DNA from: Octopus bimaculoides
Lineage: Eukaryota
Length of the DNA: 60,433 nucleotides
Reading direction: 5' to 3'
NCBI RefSeq assembly: GCF_001194135.2
Contig: NC_068985.1
Location: forward strand, 54,761,008-54,821,440
A program made the position numbers and the translations under genes. The notes beneath the pieces are model-generated. The model did not search any database. It was given only the letters and a program-made list of their open reading frames with translations, and was not told where the DNA came from. Below, piece after piece: positions 24,101-38,700 of this stretch (position 1 is the first letter of the stretch; every line of letters starts with the position of its first letter).

Positions 24101-25955
24101 TGCAATTGATCAACAAAGCAGAAGTTTAAATTTACAAAATGTATAATGATATAATAATAATGAGCTTATTGTATACATGGCTCAGTGCATTACAGCTCAC
24201 CAGAAAAGGTTAAAAGAGGGTCAGAAAGTGGATAACATAAATAAAGAATGACAGCAATGACAGTTAGAAGTACATGCTCAGTACACAGAATATAACACAA
24301 AAGACAAAAGTAAACAGTAAAGAAGCCATAAAGAGGAAAAGGTGCATAAGTACATCAAGAGTTGTGTTGGCAAATTTTGAGAAGCATGGACCTTTTGAAG
24401 GATGCAGTTTCTTCATAGCTAGTATCTAATGTGGGTGATTAGGGTGTTGGGCTCACAATCATAAGGGCACGGATTTGATTCCTAGACCAGGTGGAATGTT
24501 CTGCTCTTTGTGTTGTTCCAGTCTGCCCACTTGTATGCTTACTTGTAACTGAATACCAGCTGACAGTAAGCACAACCATTCAGTCATACTGTGCCTTTAC
24601 ATGTAATGAGAATAGGTGATAAATATTGGGTGAAATAATTATGGTAGGTTTCTATGAGAGAGACAAACCAAGAAGTAACTGAGAGGAATTAATTATGTCA
24701 GATCAGGAACTTTAATTCTGCTCACAGGATTAATTGGTTGAGGATCAATGACTACATATTACTAGGTTAGAGATTTATCAATCTCATATCTAACACTGGG
24801 AAATGAATATTGATGCCCTTAATCAGTCACCCTTCAGATTTCATTAAATAATTACTAGTAATAAGCAGTTTGATTTATTAATTGTATTGTACTGCCATTC
24901 TGTGCTGTAGAGATGGCTTTGTGCTCAATGAAAAGAAATCAATGCTACTTTTACAACTAATTTTTGTTGTCATGACTTATGGAGTATAGAATATTAAACA
25001 CAGTACTCTTCACATGCATATATTCACACATAGGCACATGCACACAAGGAGAAACAGCTGTTAGGTATGTGTGACTAATGAATGATATCAGTTATTATAT
25101 TACAATTAATTTCCCATAGAGTATTGATTTCATAGAAATAATCAATGAAATTTACATTAAAAAAACCCCCAAAAAATGATATAAATTTTCTTAAGAGAAA
25201 TATGTGTACTTAAGATAAGAAAATAAAAACACTCGGCAAACTTCAGAAGAATGAGAGAAATACATTTTTATACAATTAAGAGTTCTTTTTCTTTTTTTAC
25301 CATTTTTAAATTTTACTTTTATAGAATCATGATCTTTTTTGATAAATGAAATAAAGTAATTGTAATTTGATAAGTAGGAAAAAAAAACCCAAAACAAATA
25401 ACCTAGAAACACTTAGAGATTCCAGTTTAATTTCAGCAGCTTCTTGTAATTGTTGCTGCTCATTAGCCCTGAGTAAATCCTGATAAAAGATGTTTCAGTC
25501 ATGACAAGCCTGTCTATTATCTAGACAGAGTATATCTGGGACTGCACTGACCTGTGAATCTTTCACTCAGTTTTTTTTTTCTTTTTGATGATGGGTATGA
25601 TTTAAGGGATGTTTGGCTGTTATTTCAAGCAGTCAATTAGAGTGATTCTTTGTGGGAATATATTTCATGTTGGTAAATTGGAGAGTATTCTGCCATCCAT
25701 CCACCAGTATTAACTAAATAATTAATCAGTTGAATATTCATAGTCACAGCTATTTTAATGATTATAAAAAACTTATATGCAAATAGTTTTCTTGCATTTT
25801 TTTTTATATAAAACCTTTGGATTGAGTCTATCCCTGATTCTATGATAAAAACATTCTTTTTTAAAGTAATCTGAATTAAAACTTCTCATAAAAATTTCTC
25901 ATTAAGTAACAGCTTAATAACAACAAAAGTTATTTTAAACAAATTCTGATATATA

Positions 25956-26322
25956 GGTGCAGGTGTGGCTCTGTGGTAAGAAATTTGCTTCCAAACCACA
26001 TGGTTCTAGGTTCAATCCCACTGCATGAGAACTTTGGGGGAAATGTCTTCTTCTATAGCCTTGAGTCGACCAAAGCCTTGTGAGTGGATTTGGTAGATGG
26101 AAACTGAAATATACATATATGTGTTTGTGTTTGTCCCTCACTGCTGCTTGACTTTGGTGTGTTTATGTCCCCGTAACTTAGCGGTTTGGTAAAAGAACTT
26201 AAAATAAGTACCATGCTTTAAAAAAAAAAAGTACTGGGGTTGATTTATTTGACTAAAAATTCTTCAAGGCGGTACCCCAGCATGGCCATTGTCTAATGAC
26301 TGAAACAAGTAAAAGAAGGAAA
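25956..26322 (+). mobile_element. SINE family A, tail type 1
   Basis: Full head, body and tail as in 10877-11303. Confidence 0.85.
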
Positions 26323-26516
26323 GATCCCTTTCCGAATTAATTGGAAGAAAGGCTGTGTATTTCAAGAGAAAGATGGTAAAAAAAAAGTGCTAAAGCAGCA
26401 AATTAGAAGTCAAGATAGTCTTGGATAGAAGGCCTCGTGGTGTTTGTTCCAACCTTCTGCTCTCTTGGTTCAAATCTTGTCAAGATCAGCTTTGCCTTTC
26501 ATCTTTTTGGTATCTT

Positions 26517-26856
26517 TTATTTTTATCTTTTATCATTTACTTGTTTCAGTCATTAGACTATGGCCATGCTGGGGTGCCACTTTGAAGAATTTTTAGTCAA
26601 ACGAATTGACTGTAGTACTTATTTTTCTTTAAAGCCTGGCATTAATGTCTTTTGCTGAAACACTATGTTATGGGGATGTAAACACCCCAACCCTGGTTGT
26701 CAAGTGGTGGTGGAGGATAGACACACATACAAACACACACACACACATACACACATATATGATGGGCTATTGGTCACTTTTGCTGAAACACTAAGTTATG
26801 AGGGTGTAAACACCCCAACACTGGTTGTCAAGTGGTGATGGGGGACAGACAGACAG

Positions 26857-26890
<34 letters not shown>

Positions 26891-27046
26891 GATGGGCTGT
26901 TTCAGTTTCCATCTACCAAATCCATTCACAAGGCTTTGGTTGGCCCAAGGCTATAGTAGAAAACATTTGCCTAAAGTGTCATGCAGTGGGACTGAACCCA
27001 GAACTATGTGGTCTGGAAACAAACTTCTTACCACAATGCCACACCT
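26517..27046 (-). mobile_element. SINE family A, tail type 1, with internal ~130-bp tandem duplication
   Basis: Reverse-complement copy. The block ttttgctgaaacacta.gttatg.gg.tgtaaacaccccaac.ctggttgtcaagtggtg occurs twice (~26650 and ~26780). Confidence 0.85.
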
Positions 27047-27904
27047 TTTTAATAGTTTCTATTCAAAACAATATTCAAGACTATGGGGCTATGTTTGATG
27101 TGTAAACCCCGAAGAAAAAAGACTGTAGAACAGAATCTTGTGAGTCTTGTTACTTGATTTTGATTCCTGGTGGTTGTTATTTCATTTTATATTCCTATTT
27201 CTAGGAAGTATGTAGGTATGTGGCCTTGTAATTAAGGTTTTGCGTTCATGGTGTAAGGTTGTGGGATCAATTCCTGAACCAGGGGGTATGTTGCATTCTT
27301 GAGCATGGCATTTTGTTTCATGTTGCCCCAGTCTACTCAGCTATAAATGAATTACTAACTTTGTGCTGGTGCAGCCTTTTCTTACTCTCTTAAGTTATTA
27401 AACTTTTGACATTCTGCTAGGTCAAGTTTGAGAGAATGTTTATGCCTGCTTGTGATTATATATGTACCTAAAACTGCAAACAAATAATGAAAGCATGGTA
27501 TAAGCTACCAAGCCATATTCGCTTGTGAGTGATCACTAAACAAGTTTTTATTTCTGGGAAAAGCATAGATATCATCTAATCTCATTCCTGTTTCTTCATA
27601 CATCTGAGATTTTATGTCATTTGTCAGTAATTGAAATTAAATTCTAGACTAGAGGAAGCGGATTGTATATGAATAGAAGTGAAATATTTTTATTTGTCTG
27701 ATGATATGGATAGTATTGAGAATGGCTTGAAAATGTCAATAGTTCTGATACCATTTCTGTTGAATCTGAAGTAATTCCTAAGATATATTGACTGGTTTTA
27801 TAAATGGAATTCATGAAATGCTTATTACTCTTTTCTTTGTTGTTGTTATGGTTTCATATCCAATGTTTTAGCAAGACTATGTGTGAGATCTAATTCCGTA
27901 ACAA

Positions 27905-28128
27905 TTAACCCTTTAGCATTTAATCCGGCCATATTCAGCCTAAATATTCTACCTGTTTTTTATTAAAACTGAACAGATCCAACCTCTCATACCAATCCTA
28001 TAATGTCATTCTAAAAACATACAGACACACCATCAAAATCTTGAAGCTACATGATAATGCATGATTAATTCAAAATGATGTGAATAAACAAGTATTACAT
28101 TTGACAAAGAACTCTGAGTGTTAAAGGG
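27905..28128 (+). mobile_element. 220-bp piggyBac-type MITE
   Basis: TTAA-CCCTTTAGCATT ... AGTGTTAAAGGG termini (10/12 inverted match). The right TTAA is not preserved. Confidence 0.65.
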
Positions 28129-28884
28129 CTTGTCAATCTTTTTGGCCCCATACCCCACTTTAATTTTCAAAAAAAAAAAAAACGTGTCTCACTATGAAAA
28201 GACAAAGTTAGTATATAGCACGTCTATATTCAAAACAAGTTATCAACTCCCTTATTTAATGTCCATGTTCCATGCTTGCATGGGTTAAACAACTTCACAA
28301 AATCCGACGGGTCCAAAAACTACATCATGCTCCAATGTCTGCTTTTGCTTGTTGCTACAGCTAATTGCCCTTCTTAATACTGTTCACTTTATAAGATGTA
28401 CTGAGTGCAGCTTTCTAAGCAACAGCATGAATGAGGTCACCACAAAGCTTGCAAGACTAAGATTCATTTCAACTGTGTAGGACTATAGTAGTGAGAGAGA
28501 TGGTCTTATAAATATATAGGGGGTTAAAGTATCAGAAGAGCGGCCAGAACAGAACAGATTTCTTGCCATAGAAGATCTACATTATAGAAGAGAAGATGGT
28601 AGTAAGCAGGGTAGAGCTGGAGAGATAAATTTAGTGGTGATGAGGTGCCAGGGTGGTTCCTTAAGGTATGGAGTGAGTAGAATTGAGTTGGGACAGAAGA
28701 ACGGATTTTAGGTGGGTAGAAGTCTTAAAATTTTATTGCAAGTTTTATCCACTTGTAACTTATATCCTATCCTGAAATGACCCTCATTGCACCAAAATAT
28801 TATTACCCACTCACTGGTGGGTTGGTGCTTTTGCTTCACTTTTACTAAGACTGATTAAATTTAATTAATATTCATTTTGTTTCC

Positions 28885-29255
28885 TATCTTTTATCTTGTT
28901 TCAGTCATTAGGCAGTGGCTTGAAAAATTTTTTGTCAAACTAATGGACCTCAGTACTTAATTTCTTTTTAAGCCTGGTACTTATTTCTGTCAATCTGTTT
29001 TGCCAAACTGCTATGTTGTAAACACACCAATACTGGTTGTCAAGCACTAGTGAGGGGCAAACAGAAACTAAGGCACACATACACAAGTGACGGGCTTCTT
29101 TTGGTTTCTGTCTGTCAAATCCACTTGCAAGGCTTTGGTGAGCCCAAAGCTATAGTAGGAGACACTTGCCCAAATTGCCACACAGTGGTGGTGGTGGGGG
29201 TTGAACCTGGGACCATGTGGCTGAGAAGCAAACTTCTTAGCACACAGCCATAGTT
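28885..29255 (-). mobile_element. SINE family A, tail type 1
   Basis: Reverse-complement copy, more diverged. Confidence 0.8.
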
Positions 29256-30929
29256 GTACCTATCAATATATTTTAGCAAAACTATGTTAGGATTAATTCC
29301 ATAGGATTTAAATTATATTTAAAATGTTAAACCATCTTCTCTTCTATCCAATGTTTTAGCAAAAGTATGTGTGAGACCTAATTCCAAAAAGATTAAGTTA
29401 GATTTAAATGAAATTCATAACAAAAAATGTTAATCCATCAAATATTGATGGATTTTATATTGTAATTAACATTTAATTGAGGATAAAAATACCTTTGGAT
29501 CTTTGTTTCATACTCTTTAAGCAGAGCAATATTTATCTTCCTGCCTCCAGGGGGTTTTAAGTATACTCTCTAGATATCTATGAATATGCAGTTGTTTAAA
29601 GATCGCTGCAGTTGGTTTTATTAAGTTCACTGAACCTCATAATGAAGGAAGCTTTTTTACTTTTGAAAACTAGAATTACTACTTATTAGTAAGCATTTAT
29701 AAAGAGGATTATCATTCAGGAAGCCTATTTTCATTTATTTTTCAAAGGGGATTATCCATATGTGTGAGTAGTGTATATGTATATATATGTACATATTTAC
29801 AAGGGATGAAAGATGTTGTGAAATTGTAAAGCTAAGCAGAATTATAAGTAATAGCTAGGAACTGGATTTTAATCACTCAAAGTATTTAATGTTTTGTGTA
29901 ATTTCTATCAAAATGTTTACTAAATTATTTCATAGGGAGAGGTTTGGATATATGGATATGATAACCACTTTACAACCATGTGATTATGGGCTCAGTCCCA
30001 TGGCAAGCATTGCTTCTCAAATCATTGTAGAAAATGCACATGCTTGTGTTTGTTTACAAAAACAACACTATGAAATTATAGTTTTTAAATCTAACAGGAA
30101 GAAGCGAGTGGATATGTTGGTGTAATGGTAGCACACATCATAAATATATAGAGGTGTGGGTTTGAGTCCCATGCATACAGAAAACCCATTTTGTGGCAGT
30201 TTGAAGAACACATACATTGTGTGTGTATGTGTACTGGTATATATATACATGTATGTCATGTGCGAGTGTATATACATATATATGTGTGACTGAATTTATA
30301 TATGTAAATAAAATATCCCTTAAAAAAAAAGTTAAAACTTCAGGACTGTGGAACCAGGCACAGAGAAATAAACAACACATAAGGTCTCTCTATCACTGAC
30401 TCACTCACAAATACACACACACACACACACATGCATGCACACACACACACACACACACATGCATGCACGCACACACATAGAGTATATTGTTGTGTCTGGT
30501 CTGTTGGAAGTTGTGGAGGTGGTAGGTTTTGGTAGTTGTGGAGGTTTTGGTGGTAGGTTTTGTAGTCTGTGGTAGTTGTGGAGGTGGTGGTGGTTCAGTA
30601 TTGTAGCAAGTGTTTTCTGATATGTTTGCATTTGCAAAAAATTTCTGATCTTATGTTTAAGTACATATGAGAAGTTGGTGTATTTTAGAATATGAGGCTC
30701 TTCACTGCTATGTTGATGTCACATTGTATAATTCCGTTTTTGTATGGTTTGGCCCTTCTGAGTGTTTTCCACTTTGTGTTGAATTTTTTGCCACTGACAT
30801 TAATCTGCATGTGTGTATGTATATTGGTGCTATGTGGGGCTTTGTATGTATATAGGGAGAGGGAGACTAACTGACATTGACCACCTCCCTTCCAATTGAA
30901 GCAACACACACACACACATACACACACAC

Positions 30930-31010
<81 letters not shown>

Positions 31011-31534
31011 CCAAAGGCTATAAATACTGAAAGAAGACCACAGAGAATTTAGATTGTGGCACAAGTGAAGCAGATAAGGGCACATCATTGATTGGGTCGT
31101 AGATAGTGAAGAAAGGACTCTAATGAACCAAGTAATTCATTAATTAATTAGTTGGTTAGTTGGCTGATAATAATTATTTCTAATATAGGTACATGGCCTA
31201 AAATTTTGAAGAGAGAGGGAAGTTAGTTGATTAAATTGACTGGTATTTTATCAACCTCAGAGGAATGAAAGGCAAAGTTGATCATCGCAGGATTTGAACT
31301 CAGAATTTAAAGAGCTGGAGCAAATACTGCAAGTTATATTTTCTGATGTTCTAATGATCCTACTAATCAGTTTAATTATTTCTAAATAAGATGTTAGACC
31401 AGCAATTTTGAGGTATGGAGGGTTGAACTCAGATTGTAGAAGACTGGTATAAATACCATAAAGTGTTTTGCTTGCAACTAAAATGATTCTGCCAGTTTAC
31501 TGTCTTTAAGTATGTATGTGAATATCTTTCACAA

Positions 31535-31684
31535 GCATGACTTTGTGGTTAAGAAGTTTGCTTCCCAACCATATGGTTTCAGGTGCAGTCTCACTGCATG
31601 GCTCTTTGAACAAGTGTCTTCTACAATAACTCCAGGCTAACCAAAGCCTTATGAGGAAAATTGGTAGACAATAAGAAGCCTGTT

Positions 31685-31716
<32 letters not shown>

Positions 31717-31950
31717 ACGCAGTTGTGCCTTCTTGTCTTGGCATCACATAATAGTTGTAAATGAGTATTAGCGTCCTACAAACAGTGTCATTCATTTCAA
31801 ATATTGTGCAAAAACATGTTTTTCTATGAGGAAATATTACTTTTCTTGGAAAGAGGCAGGGATTGGCAACCAGAAGGGCCTTTGAAAATCTGCTTCAATA
31901 AACTCCATTTGATCAATGCAAGCATGGGAAAGTGGACAAATGATGATAGG
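31535..31950 (+). mobile_element. SINE family A, tail type 2 (RTE-like 3' end)
   Basis: Same head and body as type 1, then ttgtcttg.catcac...gaagggc...catgcaagcatgg.aaagtggac...gatgat. Confidence 0.8.
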
Positions 31951-32754
31951 GAGGATATTGATATAATGTATATAAGTGAAGTATGTGAAAAGCTGAAAAA
32001 AAAATCGTTGATTTTCTAATAAATTCCTTTACAGTGTCAGTTCCATACCAAATTAAAAACACCCTCATTTCCCTTATCATAAATGTAATGAACCATAAAT
32101 TGGTCCATTGGAACCTAGTAACCTGTGGCACTATTGTTTACTGATCCTGATATAAAATATATAATTATAATACAGACACTCCAACCTGTGATCTTACCTA
32201 CTTTTTGATCTTCTGAAGTGAAAGTCCATTAAATAGAGCTCACATGTCCTGATATTAATTTGACAAATATTTTTCTGTCTGTGTTTGATATCTCTAACCT
32301 AGTTCTGTGAACCCTTTATGTATATCTAGCCTAGTTCAGTCTAACCCCTTTCTTGCACTCACTGATAATGTCAATGTCTATCACCACTGTCATCATCATT
32401 GTCATCATCATTACATATATCTTATGTCTTTTATCAGCTGATATTCTCTTCTATAATACAATGTCATTGTCAATTTATCTGTACTTTTATTACCTATTCA
32501 GTTATATAAGTAGATAATCAATGTATTCAATAATTAATCATAGTATTATATAATTGGTTACCCTGTTGGTTAATTAACTTATTACTTGTTTAACTGTACT
32601 CGTTGATTTGGAAACATTGTTTTCTAATACCACAGCTCCTTTTCTAATAACCATTGTGAATGAGTATCTTCTCTAGAGTTGGCTGTGTGGTTAAGAACTT
32701 TGTTTTGGAACAATGTGGTTGGTGGTTCACTCCCACTTTGTGGACACTGGTGGC

Positions 32755-33120
32755 TGGTGTCTTTGTGGCCATGCTGGAGCACTGCCTTTAGTTGAACAAA
32801 TAAACCCCAGGGCTTATTCTTTGTTAGTCTAGTACTTATTCTATTGGTCTCTTTTGTCAATCCGTTAAGCTACGGGGATGTAAACACACCAACATCGGTT
32901 GTCAAGCAATGGTGGGGGGACAAACAGTCACACAAACATATATATACATACATATATATGATGGGCTTCTTTCAGTTTCCGTCTACCAAATCCACTCACA
33001 AGGCTTTGGTCAGCCCAAGACTATAGTAGAAGACACTTGTCCAAGGTGCCATGCAGTGGGACTGAACCCAGAACCATGTGTTTGGGAAGCAAGCTTCTTA
33101 CCACACAACCACACCTGTGC
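32755..33120 (-). mobile_element. SINE family A, tail type 1 (preceded by a plus-strand head fragment at ~32680-32755)
   Basis: Reverse-complement copy retaining several CpGs. Confidence 0.85.
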
Positions 33121-34149
33121 CTATCAATCATACTTTTTAATTTTATTTTAGAAATTTACATAATGGTGGTAGAGGTATCAATAAGTTGTCAATGATACCA
33201 TGAAAAGGTCAGTAATATAAGTATGCCAACCCCTGTTCTAAATGATTCCAGCACTTCACCATCTTCGATTGGTACTTTTTTTTATCAGCCACACAAAGAT
33301 GAATGACTAAGATGACGTCTGGAGTGCTGAGTGTCAGAGCAAATACCACAATAGCATTGTATCTAATATTCTGATGACTCCACCAGTTCACCACCTTGTG
33401 TTGTTACCGAGTGTATTTGTTTGTCTGCACGTTTTTGCAATTGACCCTATTTAGGCAGTGATAATGTTTGTTTATGTCTGGCAGCTTGGTAGTTTGATGA
33501 GCAAAGACCAACCGAATATTGTACCCTACACGTGAACAAGTAAAGACTAACATCATGAAAAGCATCCAACTGTGTAGAACACTTACTCACAAAGTCACAT
33601 CTAACCCATGCCAGCTTTGAAAAAGCTAACATAAAACTAGGCTGCTGTTGCTAACTTATCTATTTGACTATCTGTCTGTTTAACTATCTTATATTTGTTT
33701 ATCTGTATCTCATTTTCCACCCCTCCCTATCTTGAATCTGTTAACACTAAATCACTTATTGATATAAGTGAGATGAAAGTGAGTTAGGTGTCACCACTAA
33801 GTAGATTACTTTCAAGTCAAACGCATTAAAACTAATAATCTGCTTTTGTTGCGGAATTCAGTTGAGCTTCTAATGAATGTTATCATTTACTTCCGCTATT
33901 TTTTTTACTTTAAAATAACAACAATTACAGCAGCAACAACAATAAGAACTAAAAACGTATAGTTATTAATGTTTTGGTTTTGAAATATAATTGGCTTAGT
34001 GGTACTTGTCGTTATGGTTGTTGTCTCGTTGACTTCGGGTAAGGAAGTTGCCATTATTATCCAACATTTGAGTAGCTATACACAATTGAAGAGGTGGTGG
34101 CAGTGGCGGCATGTACATATATTCATATATGCATACACACACACATATT

Positions 34150-34213
<64 letters not shown>

Positions 34214-34467
34214 NNNNNNNNNNNNNNNNNNNNNNNNNNNNNNNNNNNNNNNNNNNNNNNNNNNNNNNNNNNNNNNNNNNNNNNNNNNNNNNNNNNNNNN
34301 NNNNNNNNNNNNNNNNNNNNNNNNNNNNNNNNNNNNNNNNNNNNNNNNNNNNNNNNNNNNNNNNNNNNNNNNNNNNNNNNNNNNNNNNNNNNNNNNNNNN
34401 NNNNNNNNNNNNNNNNNNNNNNNNNNNNNNNNNNNNNNNNNNNNNNNNNNNNNNNNNNNNNNNNNNN
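34214..34467. other. Assembly gap (254 N) between (CA)n and (TA)n
   Basis: N run. Confidence 1.
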
Positions 34468-34522
<55 letters not shown>

Positions 34523-35262
34523 CACGTATACACATACACTTTTAGATATACATACTACACTCACACACACACACACACACACATACATACATATGCATGT
34601 GTACACACACTCGTATGTATATATACATACATAAACACGCACACTCACACATTTATATTCTAATTCATTTACTAGTTTCAGTCTTTGAATTACAAATAAT
34701 GCTAAACTTTTATGCGTATATATAAAAATGTTTGAGCTGTAGTGAGCCCTTTAATTTGACTGGTTAGTATTTCCTTTGAGAAATAAATACTTTATAAGGT
34801 CACAGCTCACAAGTGGAGTTTATTTTTATTATTATACTTTTTGTTGCTTAAAATATTTTACTTTAATTTCACTGTAAAATACTGTTACATATTATCTATA
34901 TTGTCCCTTTATATTAACATTTTAAGAAGATTAGCTTGTACAAAAGGGATAAGCTAATCTAGCTGCTATTGTCACCTGCATATAACCTGAGCTAGTTTAA
35001 GCTGAATAATTTTCTAACTTCCTACAGTCTTCCTGGTTTCTGAGGACAGAAATAAGAGTCTAGTTAACTTTAATCCTTCTTAACAAAGATTGCAAGTGCT
35101 GTACAAGTAGTCAATTGATTTAATACAAAATCCTTAAATCAGAGATTAGGGGTCATATTAGAAATTTTTATTTTACAGAATTTATAAATTTATTCTCTTT
35201 TATAGAAAGCTTTATTTTTTTCTCATTTGGTGTTTATTTGTTTTTTTACTATAAATATATAA

Positions 35263-35662
35263 GGTGCATGCATGACTGAGTGGTAAGAAGCTTTCGTTCC
35301 AACCACATGGTTCAGGGTTTAGTCCCACTGTATGGCATCTTGGGCAATTGTCTTCTACTATAGCCTTAGGTTGACCAAAGCCTTGTGAGTGAATTTAGGA
35401 GACAGAAAGTGAAAGAAGTCCATCATTATATGTGTGTGTGTGTGTCTTTGAGTCTGTGTTTGTCCCCCACCACCACTTGACAACCTGTGCTGGTGTGTTT
35501 ACATTCTTGTAATCTAGCAGTTTGGCAAAGGAGACCGATAGAATAAGTACCAAGCTTAAAACAATAAGTACTGGGGTCGATTCATTCAGCTAAAAATTCT
35601 CCAAGGTGGTACCCCCAGCATGGCCGCAGTCTAATGACTGAAACAAGTAAAAGGTAAAAGAT
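35263..35662 (+). mobile_element. SINE family A, tail type 1
   Basis: Full-length copy. Confidence 0.85.
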
Positions 35663-36715
35663 ATCTTTATTAATCATTTTCTTTCTCTTTTAAAGTTATA
35701 TTTCGGAAGAGTAAGAAATTTCACCTTAACTACAACCTTGCTTAGATCAAATTCTCCCAGAATTCCCTATTAAAAGATGATTTATCCCTTCAGGTCTCCT
35801 TACTGTCTGCTGATGCCAGGATTTCCCTACCTTAAAGATTATGCTGTACATAATCACCACTACCATTGTCATCATCACTACTGCCATCATCATTTTAACA
35901 TCCACTTTTCCATGCTTGCATAAGTCAGATGAAATTTGTTGAGGCTGATTTTTCTACAGTCAGCTACCCTTCTTTCTGCTTCACAGCAAGCCAACATTGC
36001 CGACCTGCCCTGTTTCTAAGCTTGGTGTTATTTTCCTGTGCATTAAGGTGCCAAGCCAGATCATGGGCATGCCAAACAAAGTGCTTAGTGGGATAATGTT
36101 CTGAGTTTTTTTTGTCTTTGGTCAGTAAATGTCATTTCCTATTTGCTTCTATCTTGAAATCAAAAGAAATAACTACTATTCCCTTTAAACTTTGCTTGTG
36201 TGACTTAGACATCAATGTTTTGAAACTATTTTCCGTTACGTTTCAGACAGATTCAGCACTGTATTGCTGAAGCAGAAATATTGTTATAGCAAATATTCTG
36301 CTCAATACCACAGATTTGTTTGTCAGTTGCTTGTCCTTAACCACTTGAGCATGTCCCTCAGTGGCTAACAATATGTGCATCTCTGATCATGAACAGGAGT
36401 AGTGGTGGAGGGGGCATCATAGCCATGTGTTGAGAGGGATACTTTGGGGTTTGAATAAATATTGTAATAAAAGCAAAGTTTGAAGGAAATATTAGACATT
36501 TTCCATACTTTCTAGGGATAAGCAAATAGGAAATAACAGTTGCTACCGAAGGACAAAAATCATGTTACACAGAGTAATTATCCCTTTTAGCTCTATTTCC
36601 CATGAGACCACTAGCAACCACTCACGGAACCTCATGGTACCGGAGGAAACCTATCTTAAAACATATATTACTAAGTTATTTTATTCAAACAGTTTATATT
36701 TTATTTTACTTGCAG

Positions 36716-37090
36716 CTTGGTATACTTCTACCTCACTTGGCCAGCTATGATATCTCACCTGAAATTCCTGCAAATGGTTACCGAAGTTTACTCATGATTA
36801 TACAGAAATGTTGTCTCCACTTGTTGCAGCTGAGTCGATATATCATGATAAACAGAAACTGTGTTCTCTTCCGTATTGTCCATTATACAAGAGAACTAGA
36901 ATCTTACGTTACTGTTCTTGGACAGCTCCGTGCCTGTTTATACTTCTCATGTCAGCTGATGAATTATTGTCCAAAAGATTCCTTGTTCATTGATAAAGAT
37001 GTCCTCAAAGACCCTGTTGCCTTTAGACTTTTGAAAGAATTTGATTCTCTTAGTCAAGATTGTTTTTATGGACGTTGCCTTGGATTCCAG
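36716..37090 (+). CDS. LIPE: Hormone-sensitive lipase coding exon 2 (125 codons, HSL N-terminal domain)
   Basis: Acceptor ttttacttgcag|CTT and donor TTCCAG|GTAAAT. Encodes PANGYRSL...ELESYVTVLGQLRACLYF...CFYGRCLGFQ, diagnostic HSL N-domain motifs (human TPANGYRSL, CFYGRCLGFQ). Confidence 0.95.
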
Positions 37091-37339
37091 GTAAATATTG
37101 ATTTTATTTCTTTCCTTATTCCTGATTGTTGCTGTTGTTATTGCTTAACTCAAAGTTAGTCCTGTTGGTCACAACTGGTATGCCTTTAGTCAAATAGTTG
37201 TATGACCAAAGGCATTCCAACTGTGACCATCCCATCTTTTCCTTCTATGCACAAACCCAGGACCATGTTATCCAGTGTCTCCATTTTAAGACAGTAAAGT
37301 ATGAGGTGTACCAAATGCGTTGTCTCTTTATGTGACTGA

Positions 37340-37600
37340 ATCTCAAACAACAACATCAGAGAACAATGCTAGCAGCAGCCGACCATTGGAGACCAAGTCT
37401 GGTAGCATAGGCTACAGTGGTTTGGCTACATCTGCAGGGTGAGCACCGGAAGGCTATCACACCAACTTTTGTGGTGGCAGTGACCCATGCACTGGAACAT
37501 TTAGCACAGCATGCCAAAGAAGAACAAATTGAGGAAGACTTCAAGCATGCTAAGGCTAGCACCATGGATTGGAAAGCATAGAGTAACATCATCATCAGAG
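37340..37600 (+). mobile_element. RTE/BovB-like LINE C-terminal remnant (different family)
   Basis: Reads RLQWFGYICRVSTGRLSHQLLWW..., the RL.WFGH..RM...RLP..L signature. Confidence 0.5.
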
Positions 37601-38600
37601 TCTGTCATCCAGCGGTACCTACAGTAGCATATTTGTTAAGAGGACAGCCTCCCCTCCTGTCACCAGCTAGGGATCAAAGAAGAAGAATAATATGATTTGT
37701 TGCAGATTTGGTTGCTCTTTCTAGCATTTTGAGTGACCTTGTTGAAACTCCTTCAATGACTTGTTTCTGTCTGGTGTTTTTGTGTCCCTACCATGTTTGC
37801 CACTCACTGTATTTCCTTTTATCTCTCTCTCTGTCCATCTGCTACTCTCCTTTCATATTCTCATGAACTTGCCCTACCCACCCACACAACTCCTCTTTAT
37901 TCACCTTTATGTAACTTGAGTGTGCATCCTGACACATTTGCACCACCATCCTCTTTCTTTTCTGGGGTAACTGTATATTTTCCCTACAGCAAGAAGATCT
38001 GTTCCTTTCCCTCTATCATACTTTAACCTCCCAACACCTTGCATAAAGCCACCTCGCTCAATACAACTTCTCCCCTCAGTTGAAGGGTTCTTGTCATGTG
38101 AGTAACTTGTTGACTTCACTAATCTAGTGCTATGAGAAAAAACCCACCCTGTACATTCTGTAAAGTGGTCTGCATTAGGAAGGGAATTCAGCCACAAAAA
38201 TTGTCAAAAGAGATATTGGAGTTTGATGTGGTCCTCTGATTCACCAGTTCCTATTAAACCACCCAGCGCACACCAGCATGGAAGATATATGTTAAATGAT
38301 AACGATGATTAAAAATCTTTATCTTTAGTGTTTTTTGTTTCCCCTGTTTTTTTCTTTGTTTTTGATAGCCCCTCCCCAAACAAACTCTGTAGTATGAGTT
38401 CAAATCACACTAAGGCCAGCTTTGTCTTCCATCCTTTTGGGGCACCGATAACCACCAATCCAGACTATAGAATGAGACAATTGGGTGCAACTGTTTGGAC
38501 ATTGATGATTTGGCATGCCTGACTGGACATCCAACCTGTTATGGCGATGGTTCTTCCTGGCAGTGGAGGAGGCAGAAACACACTCACACATATATGCACA

Positions 38601-38700
38601 GACACATATACACACCCACATCGTAAGACACATATACACACCCACCTCGTAAGACACATATACACACCCACATCGTAAGACACATGTACACACCTACCTC
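38601..38700. repeat. 26-bp minisatellite, ~3.8 units
   Basis: Unit gacacatatacacacccacatcgtaa at 38601, 38627, 38653 and a partial unit at 38679. Confidence 0.9.

Noticed and set aside
38601-38700. CRISPR-like regular repeat (also the RTE 3' UTR subrepeats at 8330-8530 and 59545-59750)
   Set aside because: Contiguous tandem units with no unique spacers, no cas genes, and a eukaryotic context.
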